Source: Takakia lepidozioides (Eukaryota > Plantae > Bryophyta). Taken from it: a DNA stretch of 64,000 bases. Shown here in pieces: positions 23,092-36,240 of this stretch. Below the pieces are notes generated by a model. The model made no database searches and was not told the origin of the DNA. It saw only the letters and a program-made list of their open reading frames with translations. The stretch spans positions 66,898,001 through 66,962,000 of the forward strand of contig CM060733.1 in assembly GCA_030704615.1 (NCBI GenBank), read 5' to 3'. The translations under genes and the position numbers were made by a program. Position 1 is the first letter of the stretch; each line of letters opens with the position of its first letter.

Positions 23092-26000
23092 TCAGTCTGA
23101 CTCAGAGTCAGTACAATGTATCCCCGCGTCCTCTACATCTAAGTCTAAGTACTGAAGAACCCCGGATCTACGCTGGCTACACCTACGGCTGGGCAATAAA
23201 AAGTCAGGGGATAGAGACTCGGCCGCATGAAGTGCCATTGCTTCGGCATACACAGGAAGCAGAAAATTGGAAAGGGGGCTGTCAAAAACAGACTCGTCAC
23301 AAATGGGGGTATCTCCTGAAGATCCATCGTTGCCTTTCCTGCAAGTCACAGCCCGAAAAAAGTTATTACTATAAATTTGATGTCTGAGAAATTGAGATGG
23401 CTCCCAAAGTGGGTTTAGGACTTACTCACATGAAAAGTCGTTGTCGACTTGCTTATCCTCGGGATCGTCATCATTTCGGATTTGAATCCTCTCAGTCTGT
23501 GTGCCTGAAGTGGAGCCAGACAAAAGGGGGAGGAGCACTGTCTTGTAAAGGTCAGAATCACCCTCCATGCCAAAAAGGCTTCTTCCGCCTGCCTTGCATG
23601 CATGGTAAGTTGCTCCTGCACCAGACATGAGGACATGAACAGGTTGGTGGGGGGGGGGATTTAAGAAGATGAAACTGGTGAAAGAAAATCAATTCGGAAG
23701 GGAGAGAACGAACCTGTGGACACAGAAAGATCGACCACCCGTGCAGAATGGTGGCTGCATGACTCCAGCAGTATCTGCATGAACGCTGGGGTTTTTTCCT
23801 TTGCACCTCTCCAGGGAGTGCCATCTGGTCTCTTGAGAGTCTGACTGGACTGCATGAAGTTGTACAAAATGTCATCGACATGCGGCTCATACGGGGGGTT
23901 GACGAAACAACCTTGGTCAGAAATCTCAAAGCTGCGGACGGAGGATGGTGTCTTTGAGGTGCGAATCCTCCGCAGGTAGATCACCTCGAACATCCTCGTC
24001 TGCCAAAGACTGCAGGTTAGGATGGTAAACACAAACTATAGTGGAAGTTTGCACACTGGAAATTCAAAACAAATGCATACAACAATATGTTTTGTCACGA
24101 ATCTGTCATGATCGGTGTCGATCATTACACATTCTTCTATAGTGGAGCTGCAGAGAACATTGAAACGCAACATGAAAGCACAAGAAGAAGGGAGACGGCA
24201 TACCAGCTGACCAGGACAACCCCCTTTCACAAGGTATAGGCTGTTCACACAATTCCACGTGCGCAAAACTTCAAACCCAGAGGACTTCAGGTATGATGCC
24301 AAGGCCCGACGACTATCTTTGTCACATGTTTGAAAAAGCAGAAGTGTCCCTGCATCAGAGAGGAAATTATTGCAGAACCCGAACACCCAACTCCAGTAGT
24401 TGTCATCGAATTTGTTCCAGCTTGGTGTCTTGCCCTTCGGAAGAACTTCCGGCACAGCCTGGCCGTCCGGGATGTCGAGAATGACAATGTCAGCCGCAAA
24501 TATTTTCTGTACACCGCACACGAAGGTGGGACCAGTGCTCACCTGCAACAGACATGTCAAATTTTAGAACGAAGACAATAATGTTTTCAAAGAACCAAAC
24601 TTTAAGGCAACAAATGACACTTACAGAAGCAAAGGAAAAAAAATCAAATTGTCACCAGATTAAGGAATGAGATCATGTTGTCCCAGGTAGGCGAAGGCAC
24701 CCCAGTGTATCCTCTCTTTTGACTCTGCATCATTGTCAGCCATCCCTCATTGACAATCTTAATCTCGTCTGCCGAATCTGCACGGGAAGGGTGTGGCTTG
24801 GCATCGAACACGCACTGAATTGTGCGGGTATACCTTCCAGCAGTGAAGTCCTTCTTACTCTTTTTTTCCATCTCCCTTTCTGTTTCTTTCTCCTTCCCCT
24901 TGTCCTTTTCCTTGTCCTTGTCCTTGTCCTTGGACTTGTCTTTGTCCTTTGGCTTTGCTGGTGACCTGGCTATGACATCAGGAGCCTTGTCTTTTGGTTT
25001 GCGCCCCGCCTTCTTGCCCTTCTGTGTCGTTTCCTGAGCATCAGGCTCCTTGGCAGCCAATGTTGCTATGTTTCTTTGGTACTCCTCGTCATTCAGAGGC
25101 GCCAGCATCTCAGCATTATTGTTCAAATATTTCATGTGCTGCTCTTGAAAGGTCGTGTGCTCAGGTGGGCAATCTAGGTACCAACCACAGTCTCTAAAAT
25201 GAGAAGGACTCCAGTCCTTCAATATCCCTGCAGTGTACATGGTTGGATCGTTTGCAGGGTCCGACCACATGTCAAGATAGTCTGGAATACCGCTGAGGTG
25301 ATTTCCATCCATAAGCACATATTTCGTGTACCTGTGAAACACGAGACAAAACACAACCCACCAAAGCGCGAAGTGAGTAAGATGCCAGTAGCACAGAATG
25401 AAAAAGGAGCTCTCAGGAGCTCAACTTCCTTATGTATGCCTCCAATGTCATTTGAGGCGGGGAAACAATTGAAATTTTCAAGTCCTTCAAAGTCTGCTCG
25501 AGCACAATGGTGGCGCGCTTCTCCAGCTGCAAATGGTACATTTGTCAATTTTGCAAATAAGGTACTCATCACATTCATGAAGTCAACAAAAATGGAATTT
25601 CCTTGAATACATACTTGACTCCAAAATGTAGCCTTGTGAAGCCAGTTGTCAAACACAATGTCACTGATTACTTCCACCTTTGTGCCAGGCTGTATAGTGC
25701 TCTTTGGGAACTGATTCAAGTCCTTCACTGTCTGATCTGAGTTCCAAATCTCCAGCCACCTTATTTTGGTTTGGGGGTCGACCATGGAGATGGCCAGCCG
25801 GTGCAATTTCTCCTGCTGCATCTCCGGGTGCACATGCTTGTCATAGTGAGATTTGATCTGCAGAAGGAACTTAGCACCAAGGCCAGGATCTACTATTCTA
25901 AGCTGCTTTCCGAAGGCGGACATCAGTTTGGTTCTGCGGAATTCATACTCTTTCTTTATTGCTGCTTCCACACCCTTTGATGTCATAAGTTCCTCTGTTG

Positions 26001-28978
26001 TAGTGCAGTAGTATTCAGATTTCCCCTTCTCAGCTGCCTCTGCCAGCTCTTGCTGCATTGATCAAAATAGGGATGAGTACAAAACGAAATACAAACATGT
26101 ATTCAGAAAGACAAGTGAGTACAGGCTCGGCCTTACCAAATACATGTACTCCAGAAACGCCTTTCGAGTCAAAGAATACCAAGTGCCTGCAGCTCTTCAT
26201 GTTTCGCACTTCTTGATTATATCGGGGTGGAGTACTGTGCGAAAATCATCCAGCTTCATCAGACCAATCCTCTGAATTCGGAACAGTGTGTGGACCAAGC
26301 TTGTTGTCACATGCGATTTCTCTGTCGATCTGCAATAAGATTGGAAACAATGCATTGGTAAACATCGTTTTTCGGTGGGATTAACAAGACATTGGAGAGG
26401 CAATGGAGTCTCTAGGATGACTTACTTGTTCATGTCGTGCATAGCTGTAAGAAGCCTAGCGATGTCGTTTCCAGGATCCAAAACCATTGCCTCTACAGCA
26501 ACATGCTTGTCTTTCTCTTTCGCATGATGTTTCTGAAAGTATCCCATCCATGCCAGCAATCGGTGGTTGCCGTCCTAGACGTAGAACATGTGGTTGCAGA
26601 ATTGCTGGGTGTTTCTTCCCATCATGAGGCCTAGCTCGAACTCCTCATTAACATCCTTCCAGCACTCATCCCAGGTATCTTTGATCTCAGGAGACACTAA
26701 TGTGCTTTTCCCATTTGTATCCATCAATGACACATAAAAAACTTGTGCACCAAGTCTGTATCCATGCACGAAATCAGTTTCCAATTTTGTTATGTCATAG
26801 GGAAGATGGGGACGCACAACAGGCATAGATATCATCCGGCATAGTGGGATGTCCAGACGCCCTCCAGAGACGAGCATGTCCCTAATAACCTCCTGAGAGT
26901 TTACCTTCTAGAATGACATGAGTTCTTTCACCTTGTCAAGGTAGTGCACTTCAGGTTCATCTGCTTCATTGCTATTCTCAGAGCTCTTGCCAGACTCGTC
27001 CCCATCTCCAGAACTTTTTGCCTTTGTTCCTGTTTGCTTGGACTTCACAGTTTTCTGCACGATGCCATTCCAATCTGTCAGTGAGTAATGTGCAAATAGT
27101 GAATGTCCGTACCGACCATCACTCTGTCTCCTCTCAAATCACAGTGAATGGCGGCACCGACATTCACAACAATCTACAAAACCAAAGCTGATCCAGACGA
27201 ATGCAAACCAAAACAATATGACTACATAGTGATGGTCGGTACCGACAATCATTATGTTTCTGGGCGAACATGTACACTGAGGTTCTGAGCATTAGCGAAC
27301 GGCATTAACGACAATGCATTTGACATTGCATTTGAAGGACCTGCTGGATCGCTTTGGTGCAATGAAATATATGTCTAAGTGATTGGCGGCACCGACACTC
27401 AGTCTAGTTTAGGGCAGAAATTGAGTGCAAATAAGTCAGAGAGACTCCATTATGATGATCGTCACAAACAATCACTATTTCTTGTCTGTCTCGAACGTAC
27501 TTTCCAATCGATACTCTACATGAATCTACAGTATGGTCGCCAAAAAAGTGATTGGCGGTACCGCCATTCCACTTCCCTAATCTGTTCAACCTGAAACATA
27601 GAAAATGCAATGCAAGACTAACTAACTGAATATGCCGACCATTACTCTACCTCCACGTACACAGATACATAAAGCTCATGAGGAGAATCGAATGGCGTTA
27701 ACGACAATCGCACAACACTAGAATCAAATGCCGACAATCACATGTTCCTGCTACAGAATGAAAGAGAAGGAGTGTTTGAAAGGCAATCAGACTGACTCTA
27801 TGATCTGAAGAATAGTGAATGGCGGTACCACAAGTCACAAACTGCTGGTGTGGAAAACCATAAACAGAGTAGTACAAATCAAATCAATGTGGCTTCATAG
27901 TGAATGGCGGTACCGACAGTCACAAACTGTAGGTGTGGAAAACCATAAACAGAGGAGTACAAAGCAAATCAACATGGCTTCATAGTGAATGGCGGTACCA
28001 CCAGTCACAAACTGCTGGTGTGGAAAACCATAAACAGAGGAGTACAAATCAAATCAACGTGGCTTCATAGTGAATGGCGGTACCGACAGTCACAAACTGC
28101 AGGTGTGGAAAACCATAAACAGAGGAGTACAAAGCAAATCAACATGGCTTCATAGTGAATGGCGGTACCACCAGTCACAAACTGCTGGTGTGGAAAACCA
28201 TAAACAGAGGAGTACAAAGCAAATCAACATGGCTTCATAGTGAATGGCGGTACCACCAGTCACAAACTGCTGGTGTGGAAAATCATAAACAGAGGAGTAC
28301 AAAGCAAATCAACATGGCTTCATAGTGAATGGCGGTACCACCAGTCACAAACTGCTGGTGTGGAAAACCATAAACAGAGGAGTACAAAGCAAATCAACAT
28401 GGCTTCATAGTGAATGGCGGTACCACCACTCACAAACTACTGGTGTGGAAAACCATAAACAGAGGAGTACAAAGCAAATCAACATGGCTTCATAGTGAAT
28501 GGCGGTACCACCACTCACAAACTACTGGTGTGGAAAACCATAAACAGAGGAGTACAAAGCAAATCAACATGGCTTCATAGTGATGGTCGATACCGACCAT
28601 CACTTTCTAGGACATTGCACTCACTCTCTTCGTAGATCTTTAAACAGGAAATGGAAGGTAGAGAACACTTACTGGCGCCTTCTTAGGTTTTGAATTTGGA
28701 TCCCCTTCTGCAGCTTTCCTCTTCCCTTTCTCATCTGCTGGAATTTCTGTCTGCTCTAGGGTTTGTAGACCTTCTCCCGGATCAGCATTCCCCGGACTTC
28801 CACCTCCTTCAGTTTCCCTACGAATCAGCTCTGCTTCCACAGTCTGGTTTCCAACGCTCACTGTTCTCTCTGACTGTGTGACAGCTGTAGCCTCATTCTC
28901 GGTCTGCTCTTGTGTTGCAGTCTCCGCGTTCACCTGCTGCCTTGGCCCTGTGTTCTCCATCAAGCGATGCCTCGTCAT
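23092..28978 (-). pseudogene. Multi-exon gene: ParB/Srx-like domain plus beta-class N6A/N4C methyltransferase-like domain (subfamily C; most complete copy)
   Basis: IPLCRMI...VRP...MFYV*DGNHRLLAW (DGNHR at 26560-26574); ADIVILDIPDG (DIPD 24465-24476), PWRGAKEKTPAFMQILLESCS, RVVDLSVSTG, GATYHACKAGGRSLFGME; GT-AG junctions. Membership of exon 28671-28978 is inferred. Confidence 0.75.
27095..28604. repeat. Palindrome array C, including 9 tandem copies of an 85-bp unit (27813-28581)
   Basis: GTGAATGGCGG recurs at 27815, 27900, 27985, 28070, 28155, 28240, 28325, 28410, 28495; near-perfect palindrome AGTGATGGTCG(G/A)TACCGAC(C/A)ATCA at ~27228 and 28579. Confidence 0.95.
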
Positions 28979-29870
28979 TTGCTCTCTTGCTCTGAGTCTC
29001 TCTCTAAGGGAAGTAAAATAGAGCGACTTCCTTTTCTTTCAAATCGTAGAAGAAACCCTCTCCAGCTTGACTACCTCTCTCCCTCTAAGTACGAAAACTT
29101 GAAAGACAAAGTGAGTTGCGTGCATGCGTTGGGGATTGCCTCTAGAAGCATCGGATTCCCTGTCGCATGACCGTTACACAAATGTCGCTCCCTTATTAGT
29201 GCACCTACCAGCCATTAGTGGACAGCTGTTCGTCTGCAATGTAGTAATCGATGTCTGACGTGTGTCGCCCAAAATGAATGGCGTGTCGTTTATTTGAACG
29301 GTTTCAATAATTTAAAATAACAACGACAGATAATATAAATGAATACCACATTGCATATAAACAACGACTGCTCAGCCTAGAACCAATGGTCTGACTGCTT
29401 AGCCTAAACCAAAATGCCTATGCCATCAGAACCTTGCCACCGTGGAATAATATATATGGGGCCATCTGGCGCACAATCTCAGACAAATAAATGTAAATGA
29501 ATGAGTGTTTGATGACATATTTTTGGATATCATACACATTCATCCTTGTAATCCAACCCCATGTACGTTTCACAGTTTGGACACTTCCGAGACGTCGGTT
29601 GGTTATTATGTTTATTGATGAGGTTCTGAATAAAGGTTTAACAACTACCAAAATTGCTCCTAGGGATACTCTGTCTACAGGGCCCACAAAAAAAGTAATT
29701 AAAATGGACGGCTGCATGTCTGGAAGGAATAACAGAATGTGCACAATCATCGTGTGAGCTTTCTCCGCGATATTCTCTGCTCATTCTTCAACAGTGTACT
29801 GGAGACCTCAGTCAACAGATTTCACTGAAGAGCTGCGATAGCAAGGCATCTTCATACTAGAGGAGGGAAG

Positions 29871-31190
29871 ATGACTTCCTCTGAAGCGGAGTTCTTCTCT
29901 GACGACAAACCAGTGTCATTCTCCAATGAAGCCCTTGACAATGGATTCGCAATTGTCCTGGAACATGTCTTGGCTACCCGGTTTGAGCTTCAGAATGGCT
30001 CCATCTTTTTGGAGAAAGAGGTGTACGATTTGGAAGGGAAGTTGTTGAAATACTTTTTCCAAAACTGTGATGAGACGACTCATGTCAACCAGTGGAGAGT
30101 GCGCCTTGGTTGATACAGAGTACTTGGAGAGCCTCGGCGGAAGTCCCTTGGATCATATGTGACGCCCGGGACTGCTGCTTCAGTCGTTGAAGACAAGGAG
30201 GTGGTGGTGAAAAAAGAGCAGACGTCCTCCACTCCAATCGTTGAGCTTTCGGATTCGTCCGATGATGACATAAGTGAAATTCCAAATCCAGGCCTTCATA
30301 CTGTAGTTGGGGAAGCGGATAAAGATTGCATTTGTAGTATCATTCCAAAACTGCGGGCGATGGGAGGAATGGCAGGTTTCAAAAGTGAGTTGCGAGGAAT
30401 TCATTGGGAATCTTTGAAGCAGGTGCCTGTGAAGTTCCTGCCAGAGACTTTTGAATTATCCTATTCGAGCTGCCTCCTCCTCTGCGAGTTGGAGGTGTCA
30501 CAATCATGATGCATGGAATGGACAAGAAACATGACGGGCACTCGTGGTGCAGAACAAAAACATCCAATATTCAAAATGATGACAAGCTTGTTTTCATGAG
30601 AACAGTTTGCAATGGACACCTTAGGTGTGATAATTTGAATTGCAGACATTTTCTTCAGTCTGGGGTTCACAATCAAAGCGAGTGGGAGGGTCTGGCGGAA
30701 AATCCATTTAAGCTTGGGTCTACCCCTCCACCGGCAAACACTTTCGTTTGCAAATTCTGCAAACTTGTGCCATCCTGCCTGGCACTGTGCGGAGCAAGAA
30801 TGTACTATGTTGTCCACCGTTTGAAAACAATGACAAGAGCTTGTGTGCATTTCGGTTTCCATAACCATCCTGTCTCGAAGGGGGATTATAGGGAGAGTGT
30901 TGAGATAGTATCGAGGTTCATTAAACAGGAGTACGAGAGAAACCCATCCGCAACAACATCTGCAATTGCTCTTGGCACAAGCAAGTTCTTCTTGGAAAGC
31001 CATATTTTGAGTGAAGGGGATTCTGTGGGGACTAAACTTGACGGTGCCGCATTGGACCTGGTCATGGATCATTTCTCCACTGTGAGTTCACCTAATATTC
31101 GGCATCAGATCAATGCATTGAGAATGGGCTCTGGGATCAGAGGCTACATAGACAACATTTTGGAATTGAAACGACTTAGCAAGTATGACT
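29871..31190 (+). pseudogene. N-terminal (GCM-like) part of a second, divergent Mutator-like transposase, truncated before the DDE core
   Basis: MDKKHDGHSWCRTKTS...CNGHLRCDNLNC...CKFC...TRACVHFGFHNH is collinear with 18865..19902; LATRFELQNGSIFLE matches LCVRYHLKPGSVFLE. Confidence 0.82.
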
Positions 31191-31289
31191 CTAGATGTGA
31201 AATGTAGAAATGTAGACTCTAGATGTCAAATGACCATGTTATGAAATGTCCAATTTGCAACATTGTCATGGAAATTCAATTCAAGTGAA

Positions 31290-32061
31290 GTTGCGAAGGG
31301 AGAGTTTCATAACATGGCTGAACAAGATGTTGTCTCAAGGAACACGCTGAATCTCGCAAGATATGGCCAGCATGTGTGCGGGATGAGGGCATTGGAGACA
31401 TATGAGCAAATGTTGAGAAGAGGTGCAGCCTGACCGGGTTACGTTCATTTGTGTTTGCAATGCATGTGCAAACCTGGCAGCCCTGGAGACTTGGTAAAGG
31501 GCAAAGAGGTCCATCGTGACATTGTCAAAGCTGGAACTGTACCAGATGTAACAATACCTCGTCGACATGTATGCCAAACGTGGGAGCATTCCCTTGTGGA
31601 CAAGGAGTATTTAACAATATGGCTGAGCAAAATGTGGTGTGGTGGAACGTGATGATCGCAGGACATGCACAACATGGGCGGGGATTGCGGGTTTTGGAGA
31701 CCTATGAGCAAATGATGTGGGTCTAGGGGGTGAAGCCCGAGCACATTACGTTTGTTTGTGTTTGTAGTGCATGTGCGAGCCTGTTGGAGAAGGGCAAAGA
31801 GGTCCATGGTTGCATCGTCAAAGCTAGAATTGTGGTAGATGTCATTCTGAACATGAATACCCTTCTAGATAGGGAGTGTTCAACAATATGGCTGAGCGAA
31901 ATGTGGTGTCGTGGAAAGTGATGATTGCAGGACATGCACAACAGGGGCGGGGATTGCAGGTTTTGGAGACCTATGAGCAATTGATGTGGGAGGGGGTGAA
32001 GTCCGACCACATTACGTTCAGAGAGTTCAAATGCCTCTCCACCATGACCTTGCTTAGCTAA
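31290..32061 (+). pseudogene. Degenerate PLS-class PPR repeats
   Basis: FNNMAERNVVSWKVMIAGHAQQG...GVKSDHITF and KPEHITFVCVCSACASL.EKGKEVH in about three frameshifted triplets. Confidence 0.88.
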
Positions 32062-32729
32062 CCATGCCTTGCTGATGTTGTTGTCTTGCACTTGAGCTGT
32101 TTTTGGACACTGGCTGGAACATCCACAAGGCGGCTCTGCTCGAGAGAGAAATCAGCTGGAATCACTACAACAAATTGCGGCTTTTACGTCTCTGTGTTAT
32201 GACTGCAAATGCAGTCATGGAAGCCATTTACGACTTCCTGACTCTGCAGACGTAAAGACCTAGTCAGTTGTGACATGGCAGATATGACTCTCCAGGCTGG
32301 CTGTCACGTGGCGCCAGAGCAGCTGTGGGGGTAGTCATACACGCTGGCATTACTGAATGACTGAACGGGTCCATGTCAGCTGCTGTGTAATAGAGACACG
32401 TGCTCTCTACAGAACACGCCACGTGTCAGACTGCGACGCCATCCAACTGCAGAGCAGGGAATCAGACGTCAGCATGTGTCGCATCGTGATTTTGACACGT
32501 GGTTTCTCATGTCAATTGACACGCGTCGCTGTTGGGGGTTGTAGATTTACTTTATTGTTATTATAATTACTAAAATAATTATTATAATTATTTGTTATTA
32601 TAATTATTATTACTGACCAACATGGGACAGTGGCACATTATTAAATAACGAATTTTTGAAATTATATTCTTAGATAAAATATTTATTCGCTCAGATACCA
32701 AAACACACCCTTGCGGGGAAGGAGAGTTT

Positions 32730-35700
32730 GCCTTAGTGCCTGTGCTGAATTGCATCTGCTACTGTTACCTGTTTATGGATACTTTTTTATTGTCACTTTG
32801 GCAGTATCATATCAAAGTCACTCCAAACTATCTACCATCTACCCATGACCATCTACCCATGCAGGTTTCTTGTAGCTATCCTTCCACAGGGAATCATAGG
32901 TAATCTGGAGCTTGAAATCCGGCTTTCTTGGATGATCTGGACCCACACTCTATCCCTGCTCCTTCAGCTATCCATGCCTCTGCATAGATCATGCATATAT
33001 CCTTGCATTGCTGTTAGCAGCTGACAATGACAGCCTACATTTGTTCCAGCAAACACCCAACTCAACTTACCACACTAGTTCCTATTCTCAATTGCATCTG
33101 TTACTCTCTGTAATCCAACAGGCATTTACCTTTTTGCCTCGGTTGTCCCACCATTGACTGGGGTCAGAAAAGTATTCATTCCACAGCTTCCCCTCATCTC
33201 CGTTAACTGTTTTTCGATACTTTCCTGTTGTCACATTGGCAATATCATGTCAAAGTCACTCCAAACTAGATTCATTCAACCAGCTAACTTGCAGACATTG
33301 AAATTTAGGGCCGGTTCTGATAAGAGGGAAAAACAGGGTGAAATGTGTTGAAGAAGGTGCCTTTATTAGCAGTGCTTGATTTTATCAATTGTGCCGCTAC
33401 TCCTGCGGCTTCCAGTTCACCATCTACCCATGCAGGTTTCTTATAGCTAAATCCACAGGTAATCATAGGTAATCATGTGCTTGAAATCTGGCCCTCTTGG
33501 ATGAATCTGGACCCATACTCTATCCCTGCTCTTTCAGCTATCACTGCTTCTGCACAAATCATGCATACTTCCTTGCCTTGCAGCTGATAATGACAGCCTA
33601 CATTTGTTCTAGGAAACACCCAACTCAGCTTATCACACTAGTTCCTATGCTGAATTGCGTCTGCCCTCTATAATCTAATAGGCATTAACCTTTTTCCCTC
33701 GGTTGTCCCACCATTCCACAACTTCTCCTCGTCTCTATGACCTGTTTCTGGATACTTTCCTGTTGTCACATTGGCATCATGTCAAAGTTCAGATCGACAT
33801 CTAGTACAATTCCACCACGAACCTCTTTGCTTTTTTGCAGGGCTGCCAGGCTTGCACACATGTTGCAAATGTAACAAACGCGACGTGGTTGCGCTGCAGT
33901 ATCCCTTCCCACACCACTTGCTCATAGACCTCTCCAAAGGGCCTCCATCCCGTGCCGCTGTTGTGCATATGGACGATCAACATCACAAACCCCGTCTTCA
34001 CTCATTGCCTACTCTAGGTAAGTGCAATTATGGGCTAGGCTGGTACCACATCTCATTCAGCCATATTATCAAAACAACCATGTATCCTTGTAGTTGCACC
34101 CTGCAACCTTGGCATACATGTCCACTACGGCAACGTTCAGAATCACATCAAAAACAATACCAGCTTTGACAATATCACCGTGGACCTCTGTACCCTTTTT
34201 CAGGGCTGCCAGGCGTGCATTTGACATACATATCCACCAAGGCAGTGTTTAGAGTGACATCTAGTGGTACAATTCCAGATTTGATAATGGACCTTTGCGT
34301 CCTTTCCCGGGCTACTAGGCTCGCATTTGACATACATGTACACCAGGGGAATGTTCAGAATGACATCAGGTACAATTCCAGCTTTGATGATGTCACCATG
34401 AACCTCTTGGCCCCTTCCCAGGGCTGCTAGGCTCGCATATGCATATTAACAAACACAAATGAACATGACCTGGTTTGGCTTCATCCTTTCCCACATCATT
34501 TGTTCTTAGGTTTCCAAAGCCTTACTCCCACACCTATGCTACACACACCTTACAATCATGGCAGTCCACAACACCACATCTCATTTAGCCATGTTGTCGA
34601 ACTCTCCCTTTGCATCAGGCTTGTTGCACCCACATTTGGCATACATGTCCACTAGGGCAGTGGTCAGAATGACAACTAGTACAGTTTCAGCTTTGACGAT
34701 GGCACATGGCCAAGAGATATCCCAATATCCCGCTACCAATGGGTTCAATGCATACTCTTGTCACATTGGCAGTATCATGTCAAAGTCACTCCAACTAGAT
34801 TCACTCAACCAGCTAACTTGCAGAATTGAACATGAAAATTTAGGGCCGATTCTGATAAGAGGGGAAAATAGGGTGAAATGTGTTTCAGAAGGTGCCTTCA
34901 TTAGCAGTGCTTGATTGTATCAATTGTGCTGCTGCTGCTGCGGCTTCCAATTGACCATCTACCCATGCAGGTTTCTTGTATCTATCCTTCCACAGGGAAT
35001 CATAGATAATCTGGAGCTTGAAATCTGGCCCTCTTCCACACTCTATCCCTGCTCCTTCAGCTATCTATGCCTCTGCACAAAATCATGCATACAACAATCA
35101 TTCCAGCAAACACCCCCAACCCTACTTATCAATGAGCAACAAGCTAACTTACATAATTCAATATGCATCTCAAGGCCGAGTCTGATGAGAGGGCAAAACA
35201 GGCTGAAATAGGTCGAAGAAGAACCCATAGAGGATTTGACCGACCATCAACCCAAAAGGACCTCTTGTGTGTGCTGCTTGTGTCTTGTAGTCAGGTAATG
35301 TCGGATTGGTCTGTGAGAACCAGCACGGTGCAGATGAGCAGGCAGAGATTGAAACACGGCCTGCTAAGACCAAGCTGACTCTCCCAAGAACCTTGAAACA
35401 TCAGGAAGAATACCAAATCATGGTACTAACAGGAGCCAACAGCCCACATTTGCAGGATGGACAAACTTCTTCACATCGTACATTAAGGAAAAGCCACACC
35501 TTGCCATTGCGGTTGTCGCACCATCGTGAAGGATCTTTAAAAATCTCATGCCAACTCTGCTCCGTGCTGCAAATGAAGGGCCGAGTCTGATGAGAGGGCA
35601 AAACAGGCTGAAATAGGTCGAAGAAGAAGGTGCCCTCACCACATTGTCCTCGACCTTGTGTCATGGCCCATGGAGGATTTGACTGACCATGAACCCAAGA

Positions 35701-36240
35701 GGACCTCTTCAGTGTGCTGCTTGTTTCTGTAGTCAGGTAATGTCGGATTGGTCAGTGAGAACCACCACGGTGCAGCTGAGTGGGCAGAGATTGAAACACA
35801 GCCTGCTAAGACCAAGCTAACTCTCCCAAGAACCTTGTAAACATCAGGAAGAATACCAAATCATGGTACTAACAGGAGCCAACAACCCACATTTGCAGGA
35901 TGGACAAACTTCTTCACATCGTACATTAAGAAAAAGCCACACCTTGCGATTGCGGTTGTCCTACCATCGTGAAGGATCTTTTAGAAACTCATGCCAGCTC
36001 TGCTCCGTGCTGTAAAATCAGGGCCGAGCGGGTAGAGATTGAAACACGGCCTGCTAAGACGAAGCTGACTCTCCCAAGAACGGCGGGCTCCCAGCCGAAA
36101 CCTCCTCGCACACATACCGTAGCGTTTCTAGGGTTGCTTGCTCCAAATGCGAAGGTTGATCCAACTGCGGGCCTCCCATGCATGTTTGCCCTCTCTCCCG
36201 CTCGCTCGCTCTAAGTCCCAACCCTCTCTCTCTCTCCCTC
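32730..36240 (-). pseudogene. Repeated OSB-type PDF-motif exons with introns, inside the CACTA
   Basis: WNEYFSDPSQWWDNRGKK|gt (~33125-33185); WHEIFKDPSRWCDNRNGK|gt (~35500-35555); TNPTLPDY; ~405-bp tandem duplication starting at 35174 and 35579. Confidence 0.72.
33790..34710 (-). pseudogene. Degenerate PPR repeats inside the CACTA
   Basis: Minus strand gives LTTALVDMYAKCG, NMAK.DVV and GKEVH-like segments homologous to 31290-32061. Confidence 0.78.

Noticed and set aside
23092-28978. Bacterial or phage contamination as source of the ParB-MTase
   Set aside because: GT-AG introns, multiple decayed copies, and enclosure of homologues by eukaryotic TIRs.
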